Shown: positions 20,599-33,800 of the stretch, in pieces | Position numbering within the stretch: the first letter of the stretch is position 1 | How the letters are laid out: every line of letters starts with the position of its first letter | Assembly: GCA_040954595.2 (NCBI GenBank) | Contig: CM082580.2 | Coordinates: forward strand, 548,783-612,782 | Length of the DNA stretch: 64,000 nucleotides | Source of the DNA: Balanoglossus misakiensis | Lineage: Eukaryota; Animalia; Hemichordata | Reading direction: 5' to 3' | Position numbers and translations under genes: made by a program | Notes under the pieces: generated by a model | The model's input: only the letters and a program-made list of their open reading frames with translations | Databases searched by the model: none | Told to the model about the DNA's origin: nothing

Positions 20599-23500
20599 CA
20601 TGATTTTTTTTTTAAATGGACGAAAATCGACGAAATTGTGAGATTTTGCAAAGTCAAAAATTTGTCATTTTTTGATGATTTTCACCCATGTTTTTTTTTA
20701 AAAAATCGACGAACCTATGATTTTTTTCAAAATCGACGAAATTTTGAGATTTTGCAAAGTCGAAAATTTTGTCATTTTTTGATGATTTTCACCCATGATT
20801 TTTTCAAAAATCGACGAAATGTTGAGACTTTGCAAAGTCGAAAATTTGTCATTTTTTGATGATTTTCACCCATGATTTTTTTCAAAAATCGACGAAATGT
20901 TGAGATTTTGCAAAGTCGAAAATTTGTAATTTTTTGATGATTTTCACCCATGATTTTTTTCAAAAATCGACGAAATGTTGAGATTTTGCAAAGTCGAAAA
21001 TTTGTCATTTTTTGATGATTTTCTCCCATGATTTTTTTTCAAAAATCGACGAAAATTTGAGATTTTGCAAAGACGAAAATTTGTCATTTTTGATTATTTT
21101 TACCCATGACTTTTATTCAAAAATGGACGAAATTTTGAGATTTTGCAAAGACGAAAATTTGTCATTTTTTGATGATTTTCACCCATGATTTTTTTTCAAA
21201 AATCGACGAAATTTTGAGATTTTGCAAAGTCGAAAATTTGTCATTTTTTGATGATTTTCCCCCATGTTTTTTTTTTTAAATGGACGAAATTTTGAGATTT
21301 TGCAAAGACGAAAATTTGTCATTTTTTGATGATTTTTACCCATGATTTTTTTTCAAAAATGGACGAAATTTTGAGATTTTGCAAAGTCGAAAATTTGTCA
21401 TTTTTTGATGATTTTCACCCATATTATTTTTCAAAAACCGACGAAATTTTGAGATTTAGCAAAGACGAAAATTTGTCATTTTTTGATGATTTTTACCCAT
21501 GAATTTTTCAAATATTGACGAAATTTTGAGATTTTGCAAAGTCGAAAATTTGTCATTTTTTGATGATTTTCACCCATGATTTTTTTCAAAAATCGACGAA
21601 ATTTTAAGATTTTGCAAAGTCGAAAATTTGTCATTTTTTGATGATTTTCACCCATATTATTTTTCAAAAACCGACGAAATTTTGAGATATAGCAAAGACG
21701 AAAATTTGTCATTTTTGATGATTTTTACCCATGATTTTTATTCAAAAATGGACGAAATTTTGAGATTTTGCAAAGACGAAAATTTGTCATTTTTTGATGA
21801 TTTTCACCCATGATTTTTTTTCAAAAATCGACGAAATTTTGAGATTTTGCAAAGTCGAAAATTTGTCATTTTTTGATGATTTTGCCCCATGTTTTTTTTT
21901 TAAAATGGACGAAATTTTGAGATTTTGCAAAGACGAAAATTTGTCATTTTTTGATGATTTTCACCCATGATTTTTTTTCAAAAATCGACGAAATTTTGAG
22001 ATTTTGCAAAGTCGAAAATTTGTCATTTTTTGATGATTTTCCCCCATTTTTTTTTTTTTTAAATGGACGAAATTTTGAGATTTTGCAAAGTCGAAAATTT
22101 GCCATTTTTTGATGATTTTCACTCATATTATTTTTCAAAAATCGACGAAATTTTTAGATTTTGCAAAGTCGAAAATGTGTCATTTTTTGATGATTTTCAC
22201 CCATGATTTGTTTCAAAAATCGACGAAATTTTAAGATTTTGCAAAGACGAAAATTTGTCATTTTTTGATGATTTTTACCCATGATTTTTTTTCAAAAATC
22301 GACGAAATTTTGAGATTTTGCATAATCGAAAATGTGTCATTTTTTGATGATTTTCACCCATGATTTTTTTTCAAAAATCGACGAAATTTTGAGATTTTGC
22401 AAAGTCGAAAATTTGTCATTTTTTGATGATTTTCACCCATGTTTTTTTTTTAAAAAATCGACGAACCTATGATTTTTTTCAAAATCGACGAAATTTTGTG
22501 ATTTTACAAAGTCGAAAATTTTGTCATTTTTTGATGATTTTCAACCATGATTTTTTTTCAAAAATCGACGAAAATTTGAGATTTTGCAAAGACGAAAATT
22601 TGTCATTTTTGATGATTTTTACCCATGATTTTTATTCAAAAATGGACGAAATTTTGAGATTTTGCAAAGACGAAAATTTCTTTTTTTGATGATTTTCACC
22701 CATGATTTTTTTTCAAAAATCGACGAAATTTTGAGATTTTGCAAAGTCGAAAATTTGTCATTTTTTGATGATTTTGCCCCATGTTTTTTTTTTAAAATGG
22801 ACGAAATTTTGAGATTTTGCAAAGACGAAAATTTGTCATTTTTTGATGATTTTCACCCATGATTTTTTTTCAAAAATCGACGAAATTTTGAGATTTTGCA
22901 AAGTCGAAAATTTGTCATTTTTTGATGATTTTCACCCATGTTTTTTTTTTAAATGGACGAAATTTTGAGATTTTGCAAAGACGAAAATTTGTCATTTTTT
23001 GATGATTTTCCCCCATGTTTTTTTTTTAAATGGACGAAATTTTGAGATTTTGCAAAGACGAAAATTTGTCATTTTTTGATGATTTTTACCCATGATTTTT
23101 TTTCAAAAATGGACGAAATTTTGAGATTTTGCAAAGTCGAAAATTTGTCATTTTTTGATGATTTTCACCCATATTATTTTTCAAAAACCGACGAAATTTT
23201 GAGATTTAGCAAAGACGAAAATTTGTCATTTTTTGATGATTTTTACCCCTGATTTTTTCAAAAATTGACGAAATTTTGAGATTTTGCGAAGTCGAAAATT
23301 TGTCATTTTTTGATGATTTTCACCTTTGATTTTTTTCAAAAATCGACAAAATTTTGAGATTTTGCAAAGTCGAAAATTTGTCATTTTTTGATGATTTTCA
23401 CCCATGATTTTTTTCAAAAATCGACGAAATTTTGAGATTTTGCAAAGTCGAAAATTTGTCATTTTTTGATGATTTTCACCCATGATTTTTCTCAAAAATC

Positions 23501-24223
23501 GACGAAATTTTAAGATTTTGCAAAGTCGAAAATGTGTCATTTTTTGATGATTTTCACCCATGATTTTTTTTAAAAAATCGACGAAATTTTAAGATTTTGC
23601 AAAGTCGAAATTTTGTCATTTTTTGATGATTTTCACCCATGTTTTTTTTTAAAAATCGACGAACCTATGATTTTTTTCAAAATCGACGAAATTGTGTGAT
23701 TTTGCAAAGTCGAAAATTTTGTCATTTTTTGATGATTTTCAACCATGATTTTTTTTCAAAAATCGACGAAATTTTGAGATTTTGCACAGTCGAAAATTTG
23801 TCATTTTTTGATGATTTTCACCCATGATTTTTTTCAAAAATCGACGAAATGTTGAGATTTTGCAAAGTCGAAAATTTGTCATTTTTTGATGATTTTCTCC
23901 CATGATTTTTTTCAAAAATCGACGAAATTGTGAGATTTTGCAAAGTCGAAAATTTGTCATTTTTTGATGATTTTCACCCGTTTTTTTTTTTAAATCGACG
24001 AACCTATGATTTTTTTCAAAATCGACGAAATTTTGAGATTTTGCAAAGTCGAAAATTTGTCATTTTTTGATGACTTTCACCCATGATTTTTTTCAAAAAT
24101 CGACGAAATGTTGAGATTTTGCAAAGTCGAAAATTTGTCATTTTTTGATGATTTTCACCCATGATTTTTTTCAAAAATCGACGAAATTGTGAGATTTTGC
24201 AAAGTCGATAATTTGTCATTTTT
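20599..24223. repeat. 78-bp satellite array, segment 2
   Basis: Same monomer and orientation as segment 1. Confidence 0.97.
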
Positions 24224-24260
24224 AGGTCCCATTGGTATAGGCCTATATACCATGGGACCT
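24224..24260. repeat. 5' terminal palindrome of HINE (also 26796-26832)
   Basis: aggtcccattggtataggcctatataccatgggacct folds via aggtcccat/atgggacct and ggtata/tatacc. Confidence 0.85.
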
Positions 24261-24275
24261 TATGGGATGGGTTGC

Positions 24276-24323
24276 GTCTGTATGGATGTATGTATGGATG
24301 TATGTATGTCTGTATGTCCGTCC
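24276..24323. repeat. Tetranucleotide microsatellite in HINE 5' region
   Basis: gtctgtatggatgtatgtatggatgtatgtatgtctgtatgtccgtcc. Confidence 0.8.
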
Positions 24324-24725
24324 ACATCAAAAACTTTAAAACCGCTGCGCGTAACACCTCAATATTTGGTGTGTAGGTGCAGGCTGGTCTGTAGATGGGA
24401 GTTTGTCCAAACGAAGTTGCCAGGCCCAAAAATATGCAAATTAGCCAGTAAAATGTGAAATTTATCAAAACTCTGAAAGTCAACAACTACTGGTCAGATT
24501 GCTTTGAAAATTGGTATGCATGTACCTTATGTCAACCTCACATCGACCTGTAAGTGTTAAGTTAATATCATGGATGTTTTATTTTTTATGAATTTTTTAG
24601 TCTTTTTATTAAATTTATAACTTTACTTATACCTCTATGGTTAAGCTATGTCCACGTCTTATTGTGGAATTCTGGTCTGTGCAATAGTCCTGTACAGTGA
24701 CTGTCTATTGGTCCGTGAGCACAAT

Positions 24726-25650
24726 GGGGCCAAAATAAAAGGCAAATTTTTGGGCTTACCTGTAACACCTGCTTAACACATTAATTATGTGCATACCTAA
24801 TTCCGGGCTAACTAATAGGGCTAGAGGTTTCGTTCTTGTGGGACATGGACCAGTATAGGGTCAAAATTTCTTGCCCAAATTTTGGGTGACCTCAGGTGAC
24901 CTTTGACCTACTTTGCTATATCTCGGCATCCAGAGCAGGTACAGACTTGGCGTTTGGAGGGTTGGGACTAAAATTGAAAAGCCAAAATATGGGTCACCTG
25001 TGACACCTGCATATCTCATTAATTATGTGCATACCTAATTCCAGGCTAACCAATAGGGCTATACTTTTGGTTTTTGTTGAGCATGGACCAGTATAGGGTC
25101 AAAATTTCTTACCCAAATTTTGCATGACCTCAGGTGACCTTTGACCTACTTTTCCATATCTTGGCATCCAGAGCAGGTACAGACTTGGCGTTTGGAGGGT
25201 TGGGACTAAAATTGAAAAGCCAAAATTGGGGGTCACCTGTGACACCTGCATATCTCATTAATTTTGTGCATACCTAATTCCAGGCTAACCAATAGGGCTA
25301 TAGGTTTGCTTTTTGTTGAACATGGACCAGTATAGGGTCAAAATTTCTTGCCCAAATTTTGCATGATCTCAGGTGACCTTTGACCTACTTTTCCATATCT
25401 TGGCATCCAGAGCAGGTACAGACTTCGCGTTTGGAGGGTTGGGACTAAAATTGAAAAGCCAAAATTGAAGGTCACCTGTGACACCTGCATATCTCATTAA
25501 TTATGTGCATACCTAATTCCAGGCTAACCAATAGGGCTATAGGTTTTGTTTTGTTGAACATGGACCAGTATAGGGTCAAAATGTCTTGCCCAAATTTTGC
25601 ATGACCTCAGGTGACCTTTGACCTACTTTTCCATATCTTGGCATCCAGAG
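24726..25650. repeat. ~239-bp central tandem repeats, about 4 copies
   Basis: The acctgt(a/g)acacctgc motif recurs at 24758, 24996, 25235 and 25474. Boundaries are approximate. Confidence 0.9.
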
Positions 25651-25718
25651 TAGATATGCTTATTGCTATGTTGCTATGAGCTATGTCCTCAAATGGGACC
25701 ACAGTGTCCTTGACGCTA

Positions 25719-26795
25719 TTTTTTGATGATTTTCACCCATATTATTTTTCAAAAACCGACGAAATTTTGAGATTTAGCAAAGACGAAAATTTGTCATTTT
25801 TTGATGATTTTTACCCCTGATTTTTTCAAAAATTGACGAAATTTTGAGATTTTGCGAAGTCGAAAATTTGTCATTTTTTGATGATTTTCACCTATGATTT
25901 TTTTCAAAAATCGACAAAATTTTGAGATTTTGCAAAGTCGAAAATTTGTCATTTTTTGATGATTTTCACCCATGATTTTTTTCAAAAATCGACGAAATTT
26001 TGAGATTTTGCAAAGTCGAAAATTTGTCATTTTTTGATGATTTTCACCCATGATTTTTCTCAAAAATCGACGAAATTTTAAGATTTTGCAAAGTCGAAAA
26101 TGTGTCATTTTTTGATGATTTTCACCCATGATTTTTTTTAAAAAATCGACGAAATTTTAAGATTTTGCAAAGTCGAAAATTTGTAATTTTTTGATGATTT
26201 TCACCCATGTTTTTTTTTAAAAAATCGACGAACCTATGATTTTTTTCAAAATCGACGAAATTGTGTGATTTTGCAAAGTCGAAAATTTTGTCATTTTTTG
26301 ATGATTTTCAACCATGATTTTTTTTCAAAAATCGACGAAATTTTGAGATTTTGCACAGTCGAAAATTTGTCATTTTTTGATGATTTTCACCCATGATTTT
26401 TTTCAAAAATCGACGAAATGTTGAGATTTTGCAAAGTCGAAAATTTGTCATTTTTTGATGATTTTCTCCCATGATTTTTTTCAAAAATCGACGAAATTGT
26501 GAGATTTTGCAAAGTCGAAAATTTGTCATTTTTTGATGATTTTCACCCATGTTTTTTTTTTTTAAATCGACGAACCTATGATTTTTTTCAAAATCGACGA
26601 AATTTTGAGATTTTGCAAAGTCGAAAATTTGTCATTTTTTGATGATTTTCACCCATGATTTTTTTCAAAAATCGACGAAATGTTGAGATTTTGCAAAGTC
26701 GAAAATTTGTCATTTTTTGATGATTTTCACCCATGATTTTTTTCAAAAATCGACGAAATTGTGAGATTTTGCAAAGTCGATAATTTGTCATTTTT
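25719..26795. repeat. 78-bp satellite segment 3; near-duplicate of ~23152-24223
   Basis: Same order of variant monomers (catattat, acccctga, gcgaagtc, ttctcaaa, gcacagtc). Confidence 0.92.
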
Positions 26796-27813
26796 AGGTC
26801 CCATTGGTATAGGCCTATATACCATGGGACCTTATGGGATGGGTTGCGTCTGTATGGATGTATGTATGGATGTATGTATGTCTGTATGTCCGTCCACATC
26901 AAAAACTTGAAAACCGCTGTGCGTAACACCTCAATATTTGGTGTGTAGGTGCAGGCTGGGCTGTAGATGGGAGTTTGTCCAAACGAAGTTGCCAGGCCCA
27001 AAAATATGCAAATTAGCCAGTAAAATGTGAAATTTATCAAAACTCTGAAAGTCAACAACTACTGGTCAGATTGCTTTGAAAATTGGTATGCATGTACCTT
27101 ATGTCAACCTCACATCGACCTGTAAGTGTTAAGTTAATATCATGGATGTTTTATTTTTTATGAATTTTTTAGTCTTTTTATTAAATTTATAACTTTACTT
27201 ATACCTCTATGGTTAAGCTATGTCCACGTCTTATTGTGGAATTCTGGTCTGTGCAATAGTCCTGTACAGTGACTGTCTATTGGTCCGTGAGCACAATGGG
27301 GCCAAAATAAAAGGCAAATTTTTGGGCTTACCTGTAACACCTGCTTAACACATTAATTATGTGCATACCTAATTCCGGGCTAACTAATAGGGCTAGAGGT
27401 TTCGTTCTTGTGGGACATGGACCAGTATAGGGTCAAAATTTCTTGCCCAAATTTTGGGTGACCTCAGGTGACCTTTGACCTACTTTGCTATATCTCGGCA
27501 TCCAGAGCAGGTACAGACTTGGCGTTTGGAGGGTTGGGACTAAAATTGAAAAGCCAAAATTGAAGGTCACCTGTGACACCTGCATATCTCATTAATTATG
27601 TGCATACCTAATTCCAGGCTAACCAATAGGGCTATAGGTTTTGTTTTGTTGAACATGGACCAGTATAGGGTCAAAATGTCTTGCCCAAATTTTGCATGAC
27701 CTCAGGTGACCTTTGACCTACTTTTCCATATCTTGGCATCCAGAGTAGATATGCTTATTGCTATGTTGCTATGAGCTATGTCCTCAAATGGGACCACAGT
27801 GTCCTTGACGCTA
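26796..27813 (+). mobile_element. Non-autonomous Helentron (HINE/DINE-1-like), copy 2, 1018 bp
   Basis: Near-identical to copy 1 but 477 bp (two central repeats) shorter. Confidence 0.82.
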
Positions 27814-30800
27814 TTTTTTGATGATTTTCCCCCAATGTTTTTTTTCAAAATCGACGAAATTTTGAGATTTTGCAAAGTCGAAAATTTGTCATTTTTTGAT
27901 GATTTTTACCCATGATTTTTTTTCAAAAATCGACGAAATTTTTAGATTTTGCAAAGTCGAAAATGTGTCATTTTTTGATGATTTTCACCCATGATTTTTT
28001 TTCAAAAATCGACGAAATTTTAAGATTTTGCAAAGTCGAAAATTTGTCATTTTTTGATGATTTTCACCCATGTTTTTTTTTTAAAAATCGACGAACCTAT
28101 GATTTTTTTCAAAATCGACGAAATTGTGTGATTTTGCAAAGTCGAAAATTTTGTCATTTTTTGATGATTTTCAACCATGATTTTTTTTCAAAAATCGACG
28201 AAATTTTGAGATTTTGCACAGTCGAAAATTTGTCATTTTTTGATGATTTTCACCCATGATTTTTTTCAAAAATCGACGAAATGTTGAGATTTTGCAAAGT
28301 CGAAAATTTGTCATTTTTTGATGATTTTCTCCCATGATTTTTTTCAAAAATCGACAAAATTGTGAGATTTTGCAAAGTCGAAAATTTGTCATTTTTTGAT
28401 GATTTTCACCCATGTTTTTTTTTTAAAATCGACGAACCTATGATTTTTTTCAAAATCGACGAAATTTTGAGATTTTGCAAAGTCGAAAATTTGTCATTTT
28501 TTGATGATTTTCACCCATGATTTTTTTCAAAAATCGACGAAATGTTGAGATTTTGCAAAGTCGAAAATTTGTAATTTTTTGATGATTTTCCCCCAATGGT
28601 TTTTTTTTCAAAATCGACGAAATTTTGAGATTTTGCAAAGTCGAAAATTTGTCATTTTTTGATGATTTTCCCCCAATGGTTTTTTTCAAAATCGACGAAA
28701 TTTTGAGATTTTGCAAAGTCGAAAATTTGTCATTTTTTGATGATTTTCCCCCATGTTTTTTTTTTAAAATGGACGAAATGTTGAGATTTTGCAAAGTCGA
28801 AAATTTGTCATTTTTTGATGATTTTCACCCATGATTTTTTTCAAAAATCGACGAAATTGTGAGATTTTGCAAAGTCAAAAATTTGTCATTTTTTGATGAT
28901 TTTCACCCATGTTTTTTTTTAAAAAAAACGACGAACCTATGATTTTTTTCAAAATCGACGAAATTTTGAGATTTTGCAAAGTCGAAAATTTGTCATTTTT
29001 TGATGATTTTCACCCATGATTTTTTTCAAAAATCGACGAAATGTTGAGATTTTGCAAAGTCGAAAATTTGTCATTTTTTGATGATTTTCACCCATGATTT
29101 TTTTCAAAAATCGACGAAATGTTGAGATTTTGCAAAGTCGAAAATTTGTCATTTTTTGATGATTTTCTCCCATGATTTTTTTTAAAAATCGACGAAATTG
29201 TGAGATTTTGCAAAGTCGAAAATTTGTCATTTTTTGATGATTTTCACCCATGTTTTTTTTTTTTAAATCGACGAACCTATGATTTTTTTCAAAATCGACG
29301 AAATTTTGAGATTTTGCAAAGTCGAAAATTTGTCATTTTTTGATGATTTTCTCCCATGATTTTTTTCAAAAATCGACAAAATTGTGAGATTTTGCAAAGT
29401 CGAAAATTTGTCATTTTTTGATGATTTTCACCCATGTTTTTTTTTTAAAATCGACGAACCTATGATTTTTTTCAAAATCGACGAAATTTTGAGATTTTGC
29501 AAAGTCGAAAATTTGTCATTTTTTGATTATTTTCACCCATGATTTTTTTCAAAAATCGACGAAATGTTGAGATTTTGCAAAGTCGAAAATTTGTAATTTT
29601 TTGATGATTTTCCCCCAATGGTTTTTTTTCAAAATCGACGAAATGTTGAGATTTTGCAAAGTCGAAAATTTGTAATTTTTTGATGATTTTCCCCCAATGG
29701 TTTTTTTTCAAAATCGACGAAATTTTGAGATTTTGCAAAGTCGAAAATTTGTCATTTTTTGATGATTTTCCCCCAATGGTTTTTTTCAAAATCGACGAAA
29801 TTTTGAGATTTTGCAAAGTCGAAAATTTGTCATTTTTTGATGATTTTCCCCCATGTTTTTTTTTTAAAATGGACGAAATTTTGAGATTTTGCAAAGTCGA
29901 AAATTTGTCATTTTTTGATGATTTTCACCCATGATTTTTTTCAAAAATCGACGAAATTGTGAGATTTTGCAAAGTCAAAAATTTGTCATTTTTTGATGAT
30001 TTTCACCCATGTTTTTTTTTAAAAAAAACGACGAACCTATGATTTTTTTCAAAATCGACGAAATTTTGAGATTTTGCAAAGTCGAAAATTTGTCATTTTT
30101 TGATGATTTTCACCCATGATTTTTTTCAAAAATCGACGAAATGTTGAGATTTTGCAAAGTCGAAAATTTGTCATTTTTTGATGATTTTCACCCATGATTT
30201 TTTTCAAAAATCGACGAAATGTTGAGATTTTGCAAAGTCGAAAATTTGTCATTTTTTGATGATTTTCTCCCATGATTTTTTTTAAAAATCGACGAAATTG
30301 TGAGATTTTGCAAAGTCGAAAATTTGTCATTTTTTGATGATTTTCACCCATGTTTTTTTTTTTTAAATCGACGAACCTATGATTTTTTTCAAAATCGACG
30401 AAATTTTGAGATTTTGCAAAGTCGAAAATTTGTCATTTTTTGATGATTTTCTCCCATGATTTTTTTCAAAAATCGACAAAATTGTGAGATTTTGCAAAGT
30501 CGAAAATTTGTCATTTTTTGATGATTTTCACCCATGTTTTTTTTTAAAATCGACGAACCTATGATTTTTTTCAAAATCGACGAAATTTTGAGATTTTGCA
30601 AAGTCGAAAATTTGTCATTTTTTGATTATTTTCACCCATGATTTTTTTCAAAAATCGACGAAATGTTGAGATTTTGCAAAGTCGAAAATTTGTAATTTTT
30701 TGATGATTTTCCCCCAATGGTTTTTTTTCAAAATCGACGAAATGTTGAGATTTTGCAAAGTCGAAAATTTGTAATTTTTTGATGATTTTCCCCCAATGGT

Positions 30801-33800
30801 TTTTTTTCAAAATCGACGAAATTTTGAGATTTTGCAAAGTCGAAAATTTGTCATTTTTTGATGATTTTCCCCCAATGGTTTTTTTCAAAATCGACGAAAT
30901 TTTGAGATTTTGCAAAGTCGAAAATTTGTCATTTTTTGATGATTTTCCCCCATGTTTTTTTTTTAAAATGGACGAAATTTTGAGATTTTGCAAAGTCGAA
31001 AATTTGTCATTTTTTGATGATTTTCACCCATGATTTTTTTCAAAAATCGACGAAATTGTGAGATTTTGCAAAGTCAAAAATTTGTCATTTTTTGATGATT
31101 TTCACCCATGTTTTTTTTTTAAAAAAACGACGAACCTATGATTTTTTTCAAAATCGACGAAATTTTGAGATTTTGCAAAGTCGAAAATTTGTCATTTTTT
31201 GATGATTTTCACCCATGATTTTTTTCAAAAATCGACGAAATGTTGAGATTTTGCAAAGTCGAAAATTTGTCATTTTTTGATGATTTTCACCCATGATTTT
31301 TTTCAAAAATCGACGAAATGTTGAGATTTTGCAAAGTCGAAAATTTGTCATTTTTTGATGATTTTCTCCCATGATTTTTTTCAAAAATCGACGAAATTGT
31401 GAGATTTTGCAAAGTCGAAAATTTGTCATTTTTTGATGATTTTCACCCATGTTTTTTTTTTTTAAATCGACGAACCTATGATTTTTTTCAAAATCGACGA
31501 AATTTTGAGATTTTGCAAAGTCGAAAATTTGTCATTTTTTGATGATTTTCACCCATGATTTTTTTCAAAAATCGACGAAATGTTGAGATTTTGCAAAGTC
31601 GATAATTTTGTCATTTTTTGATAATTTTCAACCATATTATTTTTCAAAAACCGACGAAATTTTGAGATTTTGCATAGACGAAAATTTGTCATTTTTTGAT
31701 GATTTTCACCCATGATTTTTTCAAAAATTGACGAAATTTTGAGATTTGCAAAGTCGAAAATTTGTCATTTTTTGATGATTTTCCCCCAATGGTTTTTTTC
31801 AAAATCGACGAAATTTTGAGATTTTGCAAAGTCGAAAATTTGTCATTTTTTGATGATTTTCCCCCATGTTTTTTTTTTAAAATGGACGAAATTTTGAGAT
31901 TTTGCAAAGTCGAAAATTTGTCATTTTTTGATGATTTTCACCCATGATTTTTTTCAAAAATCGACGAAATTGTGAGATTTTGCAAAGTCAAAAATTTGTC
32001 ATTTTTTGATGATTTTCACCCATGTTTTTTTTTAAAAAAAACGACGAACCTATGATTTTTTTCAAAATCGACGAAATTTTGAGATTTTGCAAAGTCGAAA
32101 ATTTGTCATTTTTTGATGATTTTCACCCATGATTTTTTTCAAAAATCGACGAAATGTTGAGATTTTGCAAAGTCGAAAATTTGTCATTTTTTGATGATTT
32201 TCACCCATGATTTTTTTCAAAAATCGACGAAATGTTGAGATTTTGCAAAGTCGAAAATTTGTCATTTTTTGATGATTTTCTCCCATGATTTTTTTCAAAA
32301 ATCGACGAAATTGTGAGATTTTGCAAAGTCGAAAATTTGTCATTTTTTGATGATTTTCACCCATGTTTTTTTTTTTTAAATCGACGAACCTATGATTTTT
32401 TTCAAAATCGACGAAATTTTGAGATTTTGCAAAGTCGAAAATTTGTCATTTTTTGATGATTTTCACCCATGATTTTTTTCAAAAATCGACGAAATGTTGA
32501 GATTTTGCAAAGTCGATAATTTTGTCATTTTTTGATGATTTTCAACCATATTATTTTTCAAAAACCGACGAAATTTTGAGATTTTGCATAGACGAAAATT
32601 TGTCATTTTTTGATGATTTTCACCCATGATTTTTTCAAAAATTGACGAAATTTTGAGATTTTGCAAAGTCGAAAATTTGTCATTTTTTGATGATTTTCAC
32701 CCATGATTTTTTTCAAAAATCGACGAAATGTTGAGATTTTGCAAAGTCGAAAATTTGTAATTTTTTGATGATTTTCACCCATGATTTTTTTCAAAAATCG
32801 ACGAAATGTTGAGATTTTGCAAAGTCGAAAATTTGTAATTTTTTGATGATTTTCACCCATGATTTTTTTCAAAAATCGACGAAATTGTGAGATTTTGCAA
32901 AGTCAAAAATTTGTCATTTTTTGATGATTTTCACCCATGTTTTTTTTTAAAAAAAACGACGAACCTATGATTTTTTTCAAAATCGACGAAATTTTGAGAT
33001 TTTGCAAAGTCGAAAATTTGTCATTTTTTGATGATTTTCACCCATGATTTTTTTCAAAAATCGACGAAATGTTGAGATTTTGCAAAGTCGAAAATTTGTC
33101 ATTTTTTGATGATTTTCACCCATGATTTTTTTCAAAAATCGACGAAATGTTGAGATTTTGCAAAGTCGAAAATTTGTCATTTTTTGATGATTTTCTCCCA
33201 TGATTTTTTTTAAAAATCGACGAAATTGTGAGATTTTGCAAAGTCGAAAATTTGTCATTTTTTGATGATTTTCACCCATGTTTTTTTTTTTTAAATCGAC
33301 GAACCTATGATTTTTTTCAAAATCGACGAAATTTTGAGATTTTGCAAAGTCGAAAATTTGTCATTTTTTGATGATTTTCTCCCATGATTTTTTTCAAAAA
33401 TCGACAAAATTGTGAGATTTTGCAAAGTCGAAAATTTGTCATTTTTTGATGATTTTCACCCATGTTTTTTTTTAAAATCGACGAACCTATGATTTTTTTC
33501 AAAATCGACGAAATTTTGAGATTTTGCAAAGTCGAAAATTTGTCATTTTTTGATTATTTTCACCCATGATTTTTTTCAAAAATCGACGAAATGTTGAGAT
33601 TTTGCAAAGTCGAAAATTTGTAATTTTTTGATGATTTTCCCCCAATGGTTTTTTTTCAAAATCGACGAAATGTTGAGATTTTGCAAAGTCGAAAATTTGT
33701 AATTTTTTGATGATTTTCCCCCAATGGTTTTTTTTCAAAATCGACGAAATTTTGAGATTTTGCAAAGTCGAAAATTTGTCATTTTTTGATGATTTTCCCC

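Larger units (their letters stand above)
24224..25718 (+). mobile_element. Non-autonomous Helentron (HINE/DINE-1-like), copy 1, 1495 bp
   Basis: 5' subTIR ggtcccatt inside a long palindrome, then a (TGTA/TGGA/GTCY) microsatellite, a core, central tandem repeats, 3' subTIR aatgggacc and the small stem-loop gtgtc-ctt-gacgc. Flanked by T-runs; no credible coding capacity. Confidence 0.82.

Noticed and set aside
24016-27058. 156-aa ORFs at 24016-24486 and 26588-27058
   Set aside because: They read through HINE microsatellite, palindrome and satellite, so they are not credible proteins.
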